A program made the position numbers and the translations under genes. DNA of 64,000 nucleotides from a virus, in IMG/VR virus record IMGVR_UViG_3300036790_000468, positions 32,001 to 96,000 of that record. One strand, written 5' to 3'. Below are positions 26,428-36,569 of this stretch, one piece after another. Numbering within the stretch: the first letter of the stretch is position 1; each line of letters begins with the position of its first letter. The notes below the pieces were generated by a model. It was not told where the DNA came from and made no database searches. It saw only the letters and a program-made list of their open reading frames with translations.

Positions 26428-28422
26428 ATGACCCAGAAGGAAAGCTGGCTCGAGGTCGAGTGGCGCCACCACGACCTCTCGACCCCGGCCCTGACCGCAG
26501 TGAGCCTCTACGCGCTCGAGGCCGCCGCGAGCCTCGTGCTCCACGATGGCCAGGTCGACGGCATCGCGGCGATCGGGGCGCTGGCTACCGCGAGCGTGGT
26601 CTGGACGCGCTCGTGCGCCTTCTGGATGGCGGTCTACCTCACCGCCGCCACGCTCGTGACCCTTGCCTGGATCCTCTACGCGGAGCACGCCAGCCCGTTC
26701 ACCGCCCGCGCCCTGACGTTCGCGGCCGGCGCGGCCGTCGGGCTCGGCGTGCTCTACCAGGGTGCCGTGCGCGCCGAACGCGCGGAGAGGCAGGAGACGG
26801 ACCGGCGCCTGGCTGCGCGTGCTGAGGCCGGGGAGTGGCCCAGCGTCTTCGCCGCCCTCGGCATCCCCGGCGTGGAACTCGTCGAGGAGAGCGAGTTCCG
26901 TGCCGGGCGCACCGCGACGCTGCGCCTGCCCGCCCACGGCCGCGCCACCTTCACCAGGGTCGCAGCCCTGGCCGAGCGGCTCGAGACGGTCCTGGACCTG
27001 CCCGGCGGGTCGGTGAAGTTCCGGCAGGGGGAGACGGCACGCGGGTTCCATGTGGACATCCACACCCGCGATGTCCTGGCCGAGGACCTCCCCTTCGAGT
27101 TCGAGACCAGCCCAACGAGCATCAGCGAGCCCTTCGACATCGGCCGCGACGTGTTCGGCGAAGACATCATGGTCCTGATTCGCGAGATCCGCGCCGCGAT
27201 CTTCGCGCCGCCCGGATCCGGCAAATCCAACCTGCTCAACGTCCTGATCGCCCGGCTGCTGCGGTGTGTCGACGTCGTGATCTGGGCCATCGACTTCAAG
27301 GGCGGCCGCATGATCAAACCCTGGCTGCAGCCCTGGTTCGAGGGCGTCACCGACCGGCCAGTGATCGACTGGGTCGCCACCACCCCCCGCGAAGCCCAGC
27401 TGCTGCTCCAGGGGCTCAAGGACGTGATCGAGCATCGATCCGGCCGCGGCGTCGGCGAGAAGATCACCCCCAGCGCGCGACAGCCCGCGATCATCCTGAT
27501 CTCGGACGAAGGGTCCTCTGTCGTCGGGCTGGACGCCGTTGCCGGGCGCGCCCTGGCAACCCTCGTGAAGGACATCATCGCCCTGGGCCGATCCGAAGCC
27601 GTCGACGCGATCCTCTGCTTCCTTCGCGCGAGCGTACCCATGACCGGCACCAGCGACCTCAAGGCGCTCTCCAAGCTGCGCATCACCCTCGGCGCCACCA
27701 GCGCGGCCGACGCGACCGCCGCCACCGACAACCCCGGCATGGGCGGCGAGGTCACAGCGTTCGAACACCCGGGCACGATGCTGGTGCAGAAAGGGCGCAA
27801 GAACGTGCGGATCGGCAAGTCCCTGCGCATGGAGGATCCCGACGTGCCCTACGTCGCAAGGATTTACTCCGACCGGCGCCCGGCCCTCGAACCCGACGCC
27901 GAGCAGGCTCTGGGAGCGGTCTACGCCGAACGCTGGAGCCTGGCGCGCTGCGGGCACCTCCTGCCGTTCGAGCGGCAGCAGGAGCTCGGATTCGATCCGA
28001 AGACGGCCGCGGCCGCCGTCGCGCAGGAGGCCGCCGCGCACCCCGCAGCGCCGGCCGCCCCGCTGACGCTGCCAACGATCCCGCCGCCGCCGGCGAACGC
28101 ACGCCCCGCCTACAAGACCGTGCAGGGCGAGCCGATACCGCGCGCGCTCGACGACCAAGCGGTCGAGGACCTTTTCGCCGGCCTGCGCGGCCAGGTCGAC
28201 GAGGCTCTGAGTTCCGTGCGCATCGGGCCAGAGCGGATGCTCGCGCTCGTGCGTGCGGCCGGCCGAGAGGGGATCTCCCCGAAGTCCTTGACCGAGCAGC
28301 TCAACGCGGAGGACATCGGCGTCGGGCGCCAAGCCGTGCACGACTGGCTCACCGAGGCAATCAAAGACGGACTGATCATCCGGCGACTGCGCGGCGAGTA
28401 CGTGGCGGCCGAGTATGCCTGA
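26428..28422 (+). CDS. traB: TraB-like FtsK/SpoIIIE conjugative DNA translocase
   Basis: N-terminal TMs, Walker A APPGSGKS, WAIDFKGG, Walker B IILISDE, GRSEAV, C-terminal winged HTH. Confidence 0.88.
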   Translation: MTQKESWLEVEWRHHDLSTPALTAVSLYALEAAASLVLHDGQVDGIAAIGALATASVVWTRSCAFWMAVYLTAATLVTLAWILYAEHASPFTARALTFAAGAAVGLGVLYQGAVRAERAERQETDRRLAARAEAGEWPSVFAALGIPGVELVEESEFRAGRTATLRLPAHGRATFTRVAALAERLETVLDLPGGSVKFRQGETARGFHVDIHTRDVLAEDLPFEFETSPTSISEPFDIGRDVFGEDIMVLIREIRAAIFAPPGSGKSNLLNVLIARLLRCVDVVIWAIDFKGGRMIKPWLQPWFEGVTDRPVIDWVATTPREAQLLLQGLKDVIEHRSGRGVGEKITPSARQPAIILISDEGSSVVGLDAVAGRALATLVKDIIALGRSEAVDAILCFLRASVPMTGTSDLKALSKLRITLGATSAADATAATDNPGMGGEVTAFEHPGTMLVQKGRKNVRIGKSLRMEDPDVPYVARIYSDRRPALEPDAEQALGAVYAERWSLARCGHLLPFERQQELGFDPKTAAAAVAQEAAAHPAAPAAPLTLPTIPPPPANARPAYKTVQGEPIPRALDDQAVEDLFAGLRGQVDEALSSVRIGPERMLALVRAAGREGISPKSLTEQLNAEDIGVGRQAVHDWLTEAIKDGLIIRRLRGEYVAAEYA

Positions 28423-28600
28423 GATCTCCTACGCCGCGGCCGCGCGTGTTGGGCTGCTGCTGCGGGCCGTCCAGGCCGGCGACAGGGCATTGGTGGCTGA
28501 GATGCTGCTCTCCATCCCCGAGGCCGAGGTCGGGGCGGTCGAGGCCCGGCTGCGCAGATTCGGCGCCGACCCCGCGATACTGCTCGCTCCCACTACGTAG
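28415..28600 (+). CDS. Small hypothetical protein
   Basis: Overlaps the traB stop. Confidence 0.5.
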   Translation: MPEISYAAAARVGLLLRAVQAGDRALVAEMLLSIPEAEVGAVEARLRRFGADPAILLAPTT

Positions 28601-28629
28601 TGTCCGCGCGAGAGTGCTACCGTAGAGCC

Positions 28630-28709
28630 TTGCTCCCCGGCTTGCCGGGGATGAACCCGGAGCGGTTGTTGCTTCCCGCTCTCTCCCCGCCTCGCGCGGG
28701 GATGGCATA
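28630..28709 (+). CRISPR. Two type I-E CRISPR-repeat-like units with a 21-nt spacer, no cas genes
   Basis: TTGCTCCCCGGCTTGCCGGGGATGAACCC and TCTCTCCCCGCCTCGCGCGGGGATGGCATA versus the canonical I-E repeat GTGTTCCCCGCGCCAGCGGGGATAAACCG. Confidence 0.6.
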
Positions 28710-28793
28710 CGACTTCGAGCCCCTGCCGAGGACCATCCGGCAGGGGCTTCGTCGTGAGCGGTGACGAAGGCGTAGCCCAGGCACGACGAAAGC

Positions 28794-28817
28794 GGCCCCA
28801 CCCCGAAGGGTGGGGCC
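28794..28817 (-). terminator. Intrinsic terminator of the late operon
   Basis: GGCCCCACCC-CGAA-GGGTGGGGCC hairpin followed on the minus strand by GCTTTCGTCGT. Confidence 0.75.
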
Positions 28818-28833
28818 ATCGCTCTGCCGGGGC

Positions 28834-29643
28834 TCAGTGCCGACGACGTCGCCCTCCGCGCCGCGACCGCCCGGGGCGCCGCCACCGCCGGCCACCAGTC
28901 GGCAGCGCCCGATGATCGCGTGCGGGCACGAGCGTCGCCAGCGCCACGGAGACCAGTGGCAACGACGGCGCCGGGTGCAGCGGCGCGTCCGCTCCGCTCG
29001 CTCCCCCCGTCGGCGTGCCGCTCGCACCCGAGGGCGACGCGCTCGCCACCGGGGTGCACGCGTAGTTCGGCGCCGGCTGCTGGGTGTCGAGCGGGCACGT
29101 GTAGACGTTGCCCTGCGGATCGGTCAGCGAGAACCCGGCCGGCGGTGAACCCGGCGCGCCGCTCGGGCCGGGCGCTCCCTGCTGGCCCGCCGGTCCCTGC
29201 GCGCCTTCGGCCCCGGCCGCGCCGGGTTCGCCGGGGGATCCCGGTGCGCCCGGTGATCCTGCGGCGCCCGGGCTCCCCGGCGGTCCCGCCGGGCCGCTCG
29301 GCCCGCTCACGCCGGGGCCGCCGATGGCGCCGGGCGAACCGGCCACGCCGCTCGCGCCCACCGCACCCGGAGCGCCAGCGGCTCCGGCCGGCCCGGCCGG
29401 TCCGGCCGCGCCCTGGATGATCTGCGCCGGCGCCGGGGGAACCGGGGTCACCCCGTGCGCGCGCAGCTGCGCCTCAGCCGTCGTCAGATTCTCGGCCAGC
29501 GCATCGATCGCCCTGCCCTGCGTGTCGATCGCGGCGTGCTGGGAGGCGAGCGTCGAGATCACCCAGACTCCGAGGGCGGCCGCGAGCACCGCTGCGAGCG
29601 CCACCCACCACTTGCGCAGCACCACGCCGGCATGTCGCATCAC
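28834..29643 (-). CDS. Membrane-anchored collagen-like protein of the lysis cassette
   Basis: TM, coiled coil, long Gly-X-Y run, two C-terminal Cys. Confidence 0.8.
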   Translation of the reverse strand: MMRHAGVVLRKWWVALAAVLAAALGVWVISTLASQHAAIDTQGRAIDALAENLTTAEAQLRAHGVTPVPPAPAQIIQGAAGPAGPAGAAGAPGAVGASGVAGSPGAIGGPGVSGPSGPAGPPGSPGAAGSPGAPGSPGEPGAAGAEGAQGPAGQQGAPGPSGAPGSPPAGFSLTDPQGNVYTCPLDTQQPAPNYACTPVASASPSGASGTPTGGASGADAPLHPAPSLPLVSVALATLVPARDHRALPTGGRRWRRPGRSRRGGRRRRH

Positions 29644-29645
29644 GA

Positions 29646-30092
29646 TCAGTGGCCTCCCTGGCCGAGCAGCGCGATGAGCACCGCGGCGATGGTGCCGATC
29701 GCGATCACGGCCGCGATGATGTTCGCGGTGCGGCTGCTGCCGTTGCTCTCCTCGGACCGCGAGCGCTCGCGCTCAGCGGCGAGCTTCCCGTCGAACTCCG
29801 CGACGATGGCGTCCAGGCGCCGCAGGAACTCCTGGCGCATGCTCGCGAGCGCAGCCTCGAGCTCCGCGTTCTTCGCGATCAGCGCGCTCTTGCGCTCCAG
29901 GCTCGTGGACTCGACCTGCGCGAAACGCGCGAGCATATCGGCTTTGAGATCGGCCACGACCGCGGCCAGGGCGCGGTGCTGGGCGTCCCACAGCTCGCTC
30001 GGCACCATCGAGCGGGCCAGCTCCATCAGGCGCATCTCGTGCCGGTCGAGCGTCCTGCGGATCTCTCCGGCGCCCATCTCCTCCTCAGCCAC
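29646..30092 (-). CDS. Coiled-coil protein with C-terminal TM (lysis accessory)
   Basis: Follows the endolysin; C-terminal hydrophobic helix. Confidence 0.7.
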   Translation of the reverse strand: MAEEEMGAGEIRRTLDRHEMRLMELARSMVPSELWDAQHRALAAVVADLKADMLARFAQVESTSLERKSALIAKNAELEAALASMRQEFLRRLDAIVAEFDGKLAAERERSRSEESNGSSRTANIIAAVIAIGTIAAVLIALLGQGGH

Positions 30093-30140
30093 GTGCGATC
30101 TCCGGTCTCTCGGCCGAGGGCGACGGCAGACGATCTCAGG

Positions 30141-31133
30141 TCAGGGGTGGATCTTGAGCTTCGCGCTCGTGCGCGGCCCGACGATCCCGTCGACCAGCAG
30201 CCGCGACTCGCGCTGGAACGCTGAGACCTCCTGCGCGGTGAGCGGACCGGCCACCGAGTCGGTGCCCCCGGCACCGAGGTGCTCGGCCGCGAGGGCCCGC
30301 TGGACCACCAGGGTCCGGGCGACCAGCGCGCCCCACGTGTGCTCGCCGACGATCCCGTCGACCAGGAGCGCCGCCGCCTTCTGATACGCCTTGACGGCAG
30401 CGAGGGTGTCGGGCCCGAACCGGGCGTCGACGCCCTTCGGATCCTGCCCGCCGAGCATCAGCGAGCGCTGCAGCACCTCCACCCAGTACCCGGACTCCCC
30501 GAAGGACACCGTCGGCCGGCCCGCCGCGGCCGCCGACGGCGCGGGGGCCGGGGGCGACGGCATCCACAGCCCCGCGGTGGAGGCGGCCTCGTCCAGGTCG
30601 ACGTCGACCCCGCCGAGAGTCGTGCCGTTGAGCACCTGCCGGATGGTGTACGCCGGCGCCCACTGACCCGAGGACCAGGCGTAGGTCTGCCACAGGTAGT
30701 CGTAGCCCGCGGCGTGCGCCGCCTCGATCACCTCGTAGTCGCCGTACACCCCGACCAGAGCCTTGGAGCCCTCGGCGTCCGAGGCTCCGTGCAGGTAGTC
30801 GAGCACCGACCCGATCTGGCCCGTCGTCGCATCCAGGTCGACCGCGAAGTAGATCGGCAGGCCGGCCGGGAACCCGAGGGCGCTGGCCTGGGCGCGCGCG
30901 GTCCCCGCCTCCGCCAGGCCCTGGGCGTACCCGGCGAGCGGGGAGACACCGGTGGTCTCCCACACCAGCCCGATCCCGATCCCGACGGCGTGCAGGCCGT
31001 CGCGCTCCGAAGTGGTCAGGTTCTTGCTCGGGTCGGCGCTCACGTAGCGCATCGCGTAGGCGATTCCCGCGGCCTTGAGAGCGGCGGTGGACGGAAGGTC
31101 GAAGGCGTAGTCGACGCCGCGAACAGTGGTCAT
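30141..31133 (-). CDS. Endolysin: DUF1906/Rv2525c-like glycoside hydrolase plus two peptidoglycan-binding domains
   Basis: GVDY...RYVS...KNLT...LVWE...PIYFAVD...GVYG...WQTYAWS; DGIVGEHTW and DGIVGPRT. Confidence 0.9.
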   Translation of the reverse strand: MTTVRGVDYAFDLPSTAALKAAGIAYAMRYVSADPSKNLTTSERDGLHAVGIGIGLVWETTGVSPLAGYAQGLAEAGTARAQASALGFPAGLPIYFAVDLDATTGQIGSVLDYLHGASDAEGSKALVGVYGDYEVIEAAHAAGYDYLWQTYAWSSGQWAPAYTIRQVLNGTTLGGVDVDLDEAASTAGLWMPSPPAPAPSAAAAGRPTVSFGESGYWVEVLQRSLMLGGQDPKGVDARFGPDTLAAVKAYQKAAALLVDGIVGEHTWGALVARTLVVQRALAAEHLGAGGTDSVAGPLTAQEVSAFQRESRLLVDGIVGPRTSAKLKIHP

Positions 31134-31622
31134 CTAGCTCTCCGGGGGATTGGTGGTGTCAGCGGACTGTGCCTTTGCGATCTCGGCGCGGGCCTTCGCA
31201 GCGACCTGGTCTACGTCCACGGCGAGCCGTTCGGCGACCGCCGCGATCACGGCGTCCTGGACGGCGAGGTGGATGGCAGCTTCGTGCTGGCCGTGCAGGA
31301 TCGCCTCGGTGTCGGCGAAGGCCTGGATGTTGCGCCGCTCGGCCGCCCGGCCGAGGACCACGGCGCCGACCATCAAGAGCGGAAGACTCCACAGCTGGAT
31401 CCAGTTGGACCAGTACAGGAGCGTGGCCTGCTCCGTCGTGAACACGGCGCCCAGCGCACCGTAGATCACGAATACGTAGGTGCACCACATCGTGCCGAAC
31501 ACGATCGTCGCCCGCGCCGCTACCCGGTCGTTGACCGAGACGCGCGTCTGCGCGAGGGTGACAGGGCCCTGAGCCGTGCGCCTCTCGACGTGCGGGTGCG
31601 GCGCGTGCTTGTAGAGGGTCAC
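31134..31622 (-). CDS. DUF1003-like membrane protein, candidate holin
   Basis: NDRVA...FGTMW, two TMs, [11 protein letters not shown]; abuts the endolysin. Confidence 0.7.
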   Translation of the reverse strand: MTLYKHAPHPHVERRTAQGPVTLAQTRVSVNDRVAARATIVFGTMWCTYVFVIYGALGAVFTTEQATLLYWSNWIQLWSLPLLMVGAVVLGRAAERRNIQAFADTEAILHGQHEAAIHLAVQDAVIAAVAERLAVDVDQVAAKARAEIAKAQSADTTNPPES

Positions 31623-32149
31623 TTCGCCGCCGCCCTCAGCATATGCGTGTGGATCACATCGACGCGGGCGCGCGCCTCGGCGGCGACGTGCGCGTCGCGG
31701 ATGACGGTGAGCTGGTTGTCCTGCAGCGACTCGCCGCTCCGCGACCAGTTCGTCGACCCGGTCACCACGTCCAGGCCGTCGACGATCACCAGTTTCATGT
31801 GCATGATCGCGCCGCGCTCGCTACGGCCGGTGGCGATCGAGTTGCCCGGGAAGGAGGACTTCGCCAGGAGCGCGCGCTCGTGAACGCCCCCGGCCTGCGA
31901 GGAGTCGAGGGTGAGCTGCACGAAGCAGTTCTCCGCGTCGAGCTGCTCGTGCAGCGCGGCCGCGAGCTCCTCGTCGTCGAACCCGTACATCGCGACCACC
32001 AGCGAGCGCTGCGCGGAGGCGATGAGTTCCACCAGGACGCCGTGGACGTCGTCAACGGGGCTGTAGAAGGTGCGCGTGGCGGCCGGGTAGCCTGGCGCGA
32101 ACCCGCCGGCCTTGTGCTTGTCGAGTGCGGCGAGGTCAGTGAGCGGCAC
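31619..32149 (-). CDS. Phospholipase D/Nuc-family protein (single HKD motif)
   Basis: FYSP...VAMYGF...MHMKLVIVD...TGSTNWS...QDN. Confidence 0.9.
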   Translation of the reverse strand: MPLTDLAALDKHKAGGFAPGYPAATRTFYSPVDDVHGVLVELIASAQRSLVVAMYGFDDEELAAALHEQLDAENCFVQLTLDSSQAGGVHERALLAKSSFPGNSIATGRSERGAIMHMKLVIVDGLDVVTGSTNWSRSGESLQDNQLTVIRDAHVAAEARARVDVIHTHMLRAAAK

Positions 32150-32180
32150 GTGCCCGCCCTCCCTTCGGTGTGGGGCGCTG

Positions 32181-32705
32181 CTAGAGCGACGCCCAGATCA
32201 GCTCGAAGTAGTTGTTGTCCGCGGGGCTGTCGTTTGCCGTGGTGAATCCGGAGGCGAGGAGCTGCACGGCGAGCAGGTCGCCGGCGTTCGCCCGGACGAA
32301 GCCGGCGGCGGCGATGCCTTCGAAACCACCGATGGAGGCCGCGTTCGCGGAATGCAGGAGCGCTGTGGTGCCCGCCGCGCCGCCGTTTACTACGAGGCTC
32401 GGCGGCGTGCTGGGAAGAGCGGAAGACCCCCACTTGAACTGGGTGAAACAGAGGTACAAACCGCCCCAGGTCGGAGGGACGACCCAGTTGTGGTTGGTGC
32501 TGTTCCAACCTGAGTAGTTGTCCTCGACGGTGGGATAGTTGATGTTCGTCGCGGTGGTCACGGCGGTCGCGGTGGTGATCGAGCCTTTGAACCGCGGCGG
32601 CTGGATCATGGCGTTGATATAATCGCGGACCGAGTTCAAGAAGGCGCCGGTCTCGGTCTCCGAGACGGAGAACGTGCGCGGGTTCGGCTGCGAGAGGGCC
32701 ACCAT
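32181..32705 (-). CDS. Minor tail protein
   Basis: Beta-rich; follows the large tail protein. Confidence 0.7.
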   Translation of the reverse strand: MVALSQPNPRTFSVSETETGAFLNSVRDYINAMIQPPRFKGSITTATAVTTATNINYPTVEDNYSGWNSTNHNWVVPPTWGGLYLCFTQFKWGSSALPSTPPSLVVNGGAAGTTALLHSANAASIGGFEGIAAAGFVRANAGDLLAVQLLASGFTTANDSPADNNYFELIWASL

Positions 32706-32726
32706 GGGGCTCGGACTCCTCCGGTG

Positions 32727-35700
32727 CTAGTAGGCGAGCCGCGTCGTGGCGGCGACCGTAGTGGGGTTGGTGACGCCGGCCGGCAGCGGGTCACACACGT
32801 AGTCGCCGGCCGAATGGTTGTGCGCCAGGTTCGCGCTCAGCGTGATCTGGCAGCTGGTGTAGTTGGGGAACGTGGTGGCTACCGAGGAGATCGTGGCCGC
32901 CTCGAAGTTCGAGGTCCCGGGGGAGAGCCAGATAGTGTCGCCCACGTTCCAGTTCTGACCGAGCGCGTTCACCTTCGAGTCCGCCAACGGGTTGACGGTG
33001 ATCGTGTTGGTCCCCGAACCGCCTCCGGAGGCGACGGTGGTGTAGGCGGCGCCGAGGACTGAGGAGGCGTCCCACGTGGTGGGGTCGGTGTAGCCGGCCG
33101 GCAGCGGCTCGCACACGATGGAGCCGGCAGCGTGGGTGAAGGCGAAGTTGGTCGCGAAATTCAAGGTCGCGCTCGTATAACCCAGGCTCGTCGACGGGAT
33201 CCCGCCCGCGGCCAGCGCCAGTGTCTCGGCCCGCGGCGTCCCGGGCTCGAACGTCAAGGAATAGCCGACCGGCAGCGACTGGCTCAATTTATTGACAGCC
33301 GCGTCGGGCAGCGCGGCGATCGTGGCGTGGCTCTGGCCGGAGGCGGCCTGGGCAGTGAGCGTGGTGTGCAGCGCCGCGAGCGTCCAGTACGTCGAGAGGT
33401 CGGCCGGCGAGAGCTGGAGGGTGACCTTGATCGAGCCCGTCTTCGGGTCCAGCGCCCAGGCGACCGACTCGATGAACCCGTCGACCGTGATGGGCGGCGC
33501 GCCGCCGTTGGGCCGGCGCATCAGGCGCACCCGCATGCCGATCTCCAGCTGCAGGCACATGTTGATCATGCCGGGGACGGCGGAGGGATGCAGCGTGACG
33601 TTGGGGATGCGCTGGCGCGCGACCGAGTAGCGCCCGGTGAGGTAGGCGGCCGCGGCCTGGGTCTCGGTGTACTGCGCCTGATTCATCGTCAGCTGCTGAA
33701 TGCGCGAGGAGGCGTACAGTTTCGCCGCGGCGGCCGAGTTCGCAGCGGTGATCTGCCCGGTGGAGTACTGGGTTACCTCCACTCCGGTGTAGAGGTGCGC
33801 CGGGTCGAAGTCGGTCTTGGCTACCTCGTACGGCCATTCGCCCAGGTAGTCGTGCTCGCCGAACACGAACATCGGGACGGTCTTGTCGTAGCGGTCGGTG
33901 CGCGCGGTCACCGTGATCGCCCCGGCACCGGACACGTAGCAGTTGCCTGATTCGGTCTGCGTGATGGTGTTGAGCGCCTGCAGCCCCGAGCCGCCCTGCG
34001 AGGCCACGCCGGCGGGCAGTGTCGCGGTGGAGACGGTGATGGCGGTGGCCCCGGCGATGTCGGTCGCCGGGCCCATGTCGGTGGTCGCGCCGTTCTCGAT
34101 CGCAGCAGCGCCGGTGTAGCCCATCCAGTCAAGGACCCGCTGCGCGCGCTGGCCGGTGGAATCCCCGGTGCTCGCCGTGCGCCACGAGTTGTAAAGGTTC
34201 GCGATCTGCGCGGCGGTGAGCGCGACCGGGAATTCGATCGCGTGGGCGAGGTTGCCGACGAGGCCGCTGTAGGCAGCGTTGGCGCCGTACACGATGAAGG
34301 CGCCGAGCACGTCGGAGGAAACCCCGGTCGGAGTCGGATTCGCCGCGACAGTGTGGGTGGCGACCTGGACCCCGTCGACATAAAAGTCGATCTCGAACGT
34401 GGTCCCGTTCACCACGATGCCCGCCTGGTGCCAGTTTCCGTCGCAGATGTTCACCGAGCCGCCGTAGCTGGCCCCGATCGTGTTATTGCTGACAGCGAGG
34501 GCTAGCTCACCAGTGGTGTTTCCGATCATGAAAAAGAACAGTGTGACAGACGACTGCGAGTTCGGCGGGTAGGCCATCCACAGCGTGTATGCGTCGAAAG
34601 TCGGAGGGATGGCCGACGCCTGGAAGGAGATCAGCCTCGTCCAACCGCCGGCGGTCGGCGGCCCCGGGGTCGCGCTCGTCTTCGCGATGTTGACGAAGGT
34701 CTCGGGGAACTGCAGGGGCGGAGTCTGGTTCGGGTCGTTGGCGAACGCGGCGCACGTGCCGGTGCTCCCCAGCACGCCGCCGCCCGCGACCGCCGCGGAC
34801 ACGGAGGTGCCGAGCGTGATCGAGCCGGCGCCCACCGCGCTGATCTCGATCGGGGCCGGCACCCGGTTCCCGCTGGTGTCGGCCACGGATGTACTGCCCG
34901 CCGGGTCAGCGAGTTGATAAAAGAAGTTCGGGCCGAGCGCGAGGACCTCGGCGACGAACGGGCTCGGGAGGATGTCTTGGGCGATCTGCGCGAACGCGTC
35001 CGAGCCGACCGCGACCAGTTTGCCGTAGGTGCCCGACAGCTCCCAGGACTGCGGCCAGCGCTCGACTGCGCCGGTGAAGACGAAATAGGTCGGGCCCGGG
35101 TCCGTCCAGGTACTTGCGGACGAGGCCTGCTCGAACTGCCAGCCGGTGTGGTAGATCGTGTTGCTCGCGGTCGTGGTGGCGGGCGTCGTAATGGTTTCGG
35201 AGATCACGGCCCACACCGCCCCGGCCGGGGCGGTGCCGGTGACGGTGACTCGGGAGGACCAGGAGCCGGCCGGGACGGTGACCGCGGTGCCGCTGGAGGT
35301 CGAGATCACGGCCCCGGCCATCGAGTACCAGGTGATCGCAGGGGTGACTTGGATCGTGGTGTCGGCGGAGGTGGTGCGCATCGTGTACCACGAGCCGGTG
35401 TATGGCTTGAGCGCGGTGACCTGGACGCAGTCCGGCTGGGGCCCGACGCTGGCCTGCCCGAGCCAGTTCCCGGCGTACAGGGTCGCGTTCGAGCTCGTGG
35501 TCCCGGCCGGCGTGGTCCACGCCAGCGCCATGGTGTGCCCGGTGGGTGCGGGCGTGAGGAACTGGCCCTGGGCGAGCGTGCCGGCACTCGTGCCCGCGGT
35601 GACCCAGTAGTTTCCGACGGCGTCGTTGATCAGGCTGATGGACGCGGACCCGGTGGCGATCGCGCGGGGGAGCAGGTTCGCGGAGAGGGTGTGCGGCATC

Positions 35701-36509
35701 TGCCACGGGGTGGGCGTCGAGGAGTTCTCCCACTGCAGCCCGTCGAGCTGCCAGGTGGTCGACGCCGAAAGCGTCCCCGACGCGATCTCGATCTTCAGGC
35801 TGGCCGAATAGGCGTTGCTGGGGGCCTGCCCGGAGACCGTCAGCTCGCTCCAGGTCCCGGCGCCGGAGGTGAGGGTGACCGGGCTGCCGGCGGGGCTCGA
35901 GATGTTGGTGCCGCTCAGGTCGTACCAGAGCACCGAGACGCCGCTCGAGACGCTGTTGCCGGCCGTGATCCGGGCCTGGGCCTGGAAGGAGTACTGATAG
36001 CCCGGGATGACCGGGACCTGCTGGAGCACCGCCACGGTCGTCCCGGCGCCCGCGCCGGAGGGCAGCACGGCCTGGTAGACCTGCGTGCCCTGATGCGCCG
36101 AGCCGCTCGCGACGATCGAGATCGGGTAGCCGGCGTCGTTGACCACGTGCATCCGAGCCGGGATCGTCCCGGAGAACCCGGTGCCCTCACCCGCCGTCGC
36201 CTGATCGACCGACAGGAGGTTCACGCCGGTCATCGCACGGATGCGGCACCCGCGATACGGCTGAATGTCCGGGTAGTACGGGCCCGCGGTGTTCTCCGGG
36301 TCCAGCGCACCGTCCGAGTTGGCGAGCGCGAAATTCCACATCCCGGTCGGGTTGGTGGCCAGCTCGTACTGCTGGCCCCGCTGGACCTTCCACGCCCACA
36401 GCACCCGCGCCGACAAGTCCGTCCACCACGGCGGGGTAAGGCCCTGGTTTGCCGGGGCGTTGAAGGAGAACTCGTAGAAGAGTCCCGCCGGCCACGTGGC
36501 GATAGACAC
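32727..36509 (-). CDS. Large tail tip/hub protein with CBM-like and LamG-like domains
   Basis: Follows the tape measure; NSDGALDP, two DGLQWE/GWQFEQ carbohydrate-binding-type repeats, DGNWHQ...FYVDG. Confidence 0.85.
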   Translation of the reverse strand: MSIATWPAGLFYEFSFNAPANQGLTPPWWTDLSARVLWAWKVQRGQQYELATNPTGMWNFALANSDGALDPENTAGPYYPDIQPYRGCRIRAMTGVNLLSVDQATAGEGTGFSGTIPARMHVVNDAGYPISIVASGSAHQGTQVYQAVLPSGAGAGTTVAVLQQVPVIPGYQYSFQAQARITAGNSVSSGVSVLWYDLSGTNISSPAGSPVTLTSGAGTWSELTVSGQAPSNAYSASLKIEIASGTLSASTTWQLDGLQWENSSTPTPWQMPHTLSANLLPRAIATGSASISLINDAVGNYWVTAGTSAGTLAQGQFLTPAPTGHTMALAWTTPAGTTSSNATLYAGNWLGQASVGPQPDCVQVTALKPYTGSWYTMRTTSADTTIQVTPAITWYSMAGAVISTSSGTAVTVPAGSWSSRVTVTGTAPAGAVWAVISETITTPATTTASNTIYHTGWQFEQASSASTWTDPGPTYFVFTGAVERWPQSWELSGTYGKLVAVGSDAFAQIAQDILPSPFVAEVLALGPNFFYQLADPAGSTSVADTSGNRVPAPIEISAVGAGSITLGTSVSAAVAGGGVLGSTGTCAAFANDPNQTPPLQFPETFVNIAKTSATPGPPTAGGWTRLISFQASAIPPTFDAYTLWMAYPPNSQSSVTLFFFMIGNTTGELALAVSNNTIGASYGGSVNICDGNWHQAGIVVNGTTFEIDFYVDGVQVATHTVAANPTPTGVSSDVLGAFIVYGANAAYSGLVGNLAHAIEFPVALTAAQIANLYNSWRTASTGDSTGQRAQRVLDWMGYTGAAAIENGATTDMGPATDIAGATAITVSTATLPAGVASQGGSGLQALNTITQTESGNCYVSGAGAITVTARTDRYDKTVPMFVFGEHDYLGEWPYEVAKTDFDPAHLYTGVEVTQYSTGQITAANSAAAAKLYASSRIQQLTMNQAQYTETQAAAAYLTGRYSVARQRIPNVTLHPSAVPGMINMCLQLEIGMRVRLMRRPNGGAPPITVDGFIESVAWALDPKTGSIKVTLQLSPADLSTYWTLAALHTTLTAQAASGQSHATIAALPDAAVNKLSQSLPVGYSLTFEPGTPRAETLALAAGGIPSTSLGYTSATLNFATNFAFTHAAGSIVCEPLPAGYTDPTTWDASSVLGAAYTTVASGGGSGTNTITVNPLADSKVNALGQNWNVGDTIWLSPGTSNFEAATISSVATTFPNYTSCQITLSANLAHNHSAGDYVCDPLPAGVTNPTTVAATTRLAY

Positions 36510-36569
36510 GGCTCACCCCCCGCTCGCGCTGTAGAAGTCCCCGCCGGCCGGTCAGCGCCGTCAGGGCGC

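Noticed and set aside
26428-28422. Host chromosomal ftsK or a phage packaging ATPase
   Set aside because: Architecture and neighbours (DUF2637, TraA-like) match plasmid/AICE TraB; no housekeeping context.
28598-28625. TCCGCGCGAG as a third degenerate I-E repeat
   Set aside because: Only a partial match, no closing stem and no room for a spacer.
29130-29420. GC-rich 9-bp periodic repeats
   Set aside because: Explained by collagen Gly-X-Y coding.
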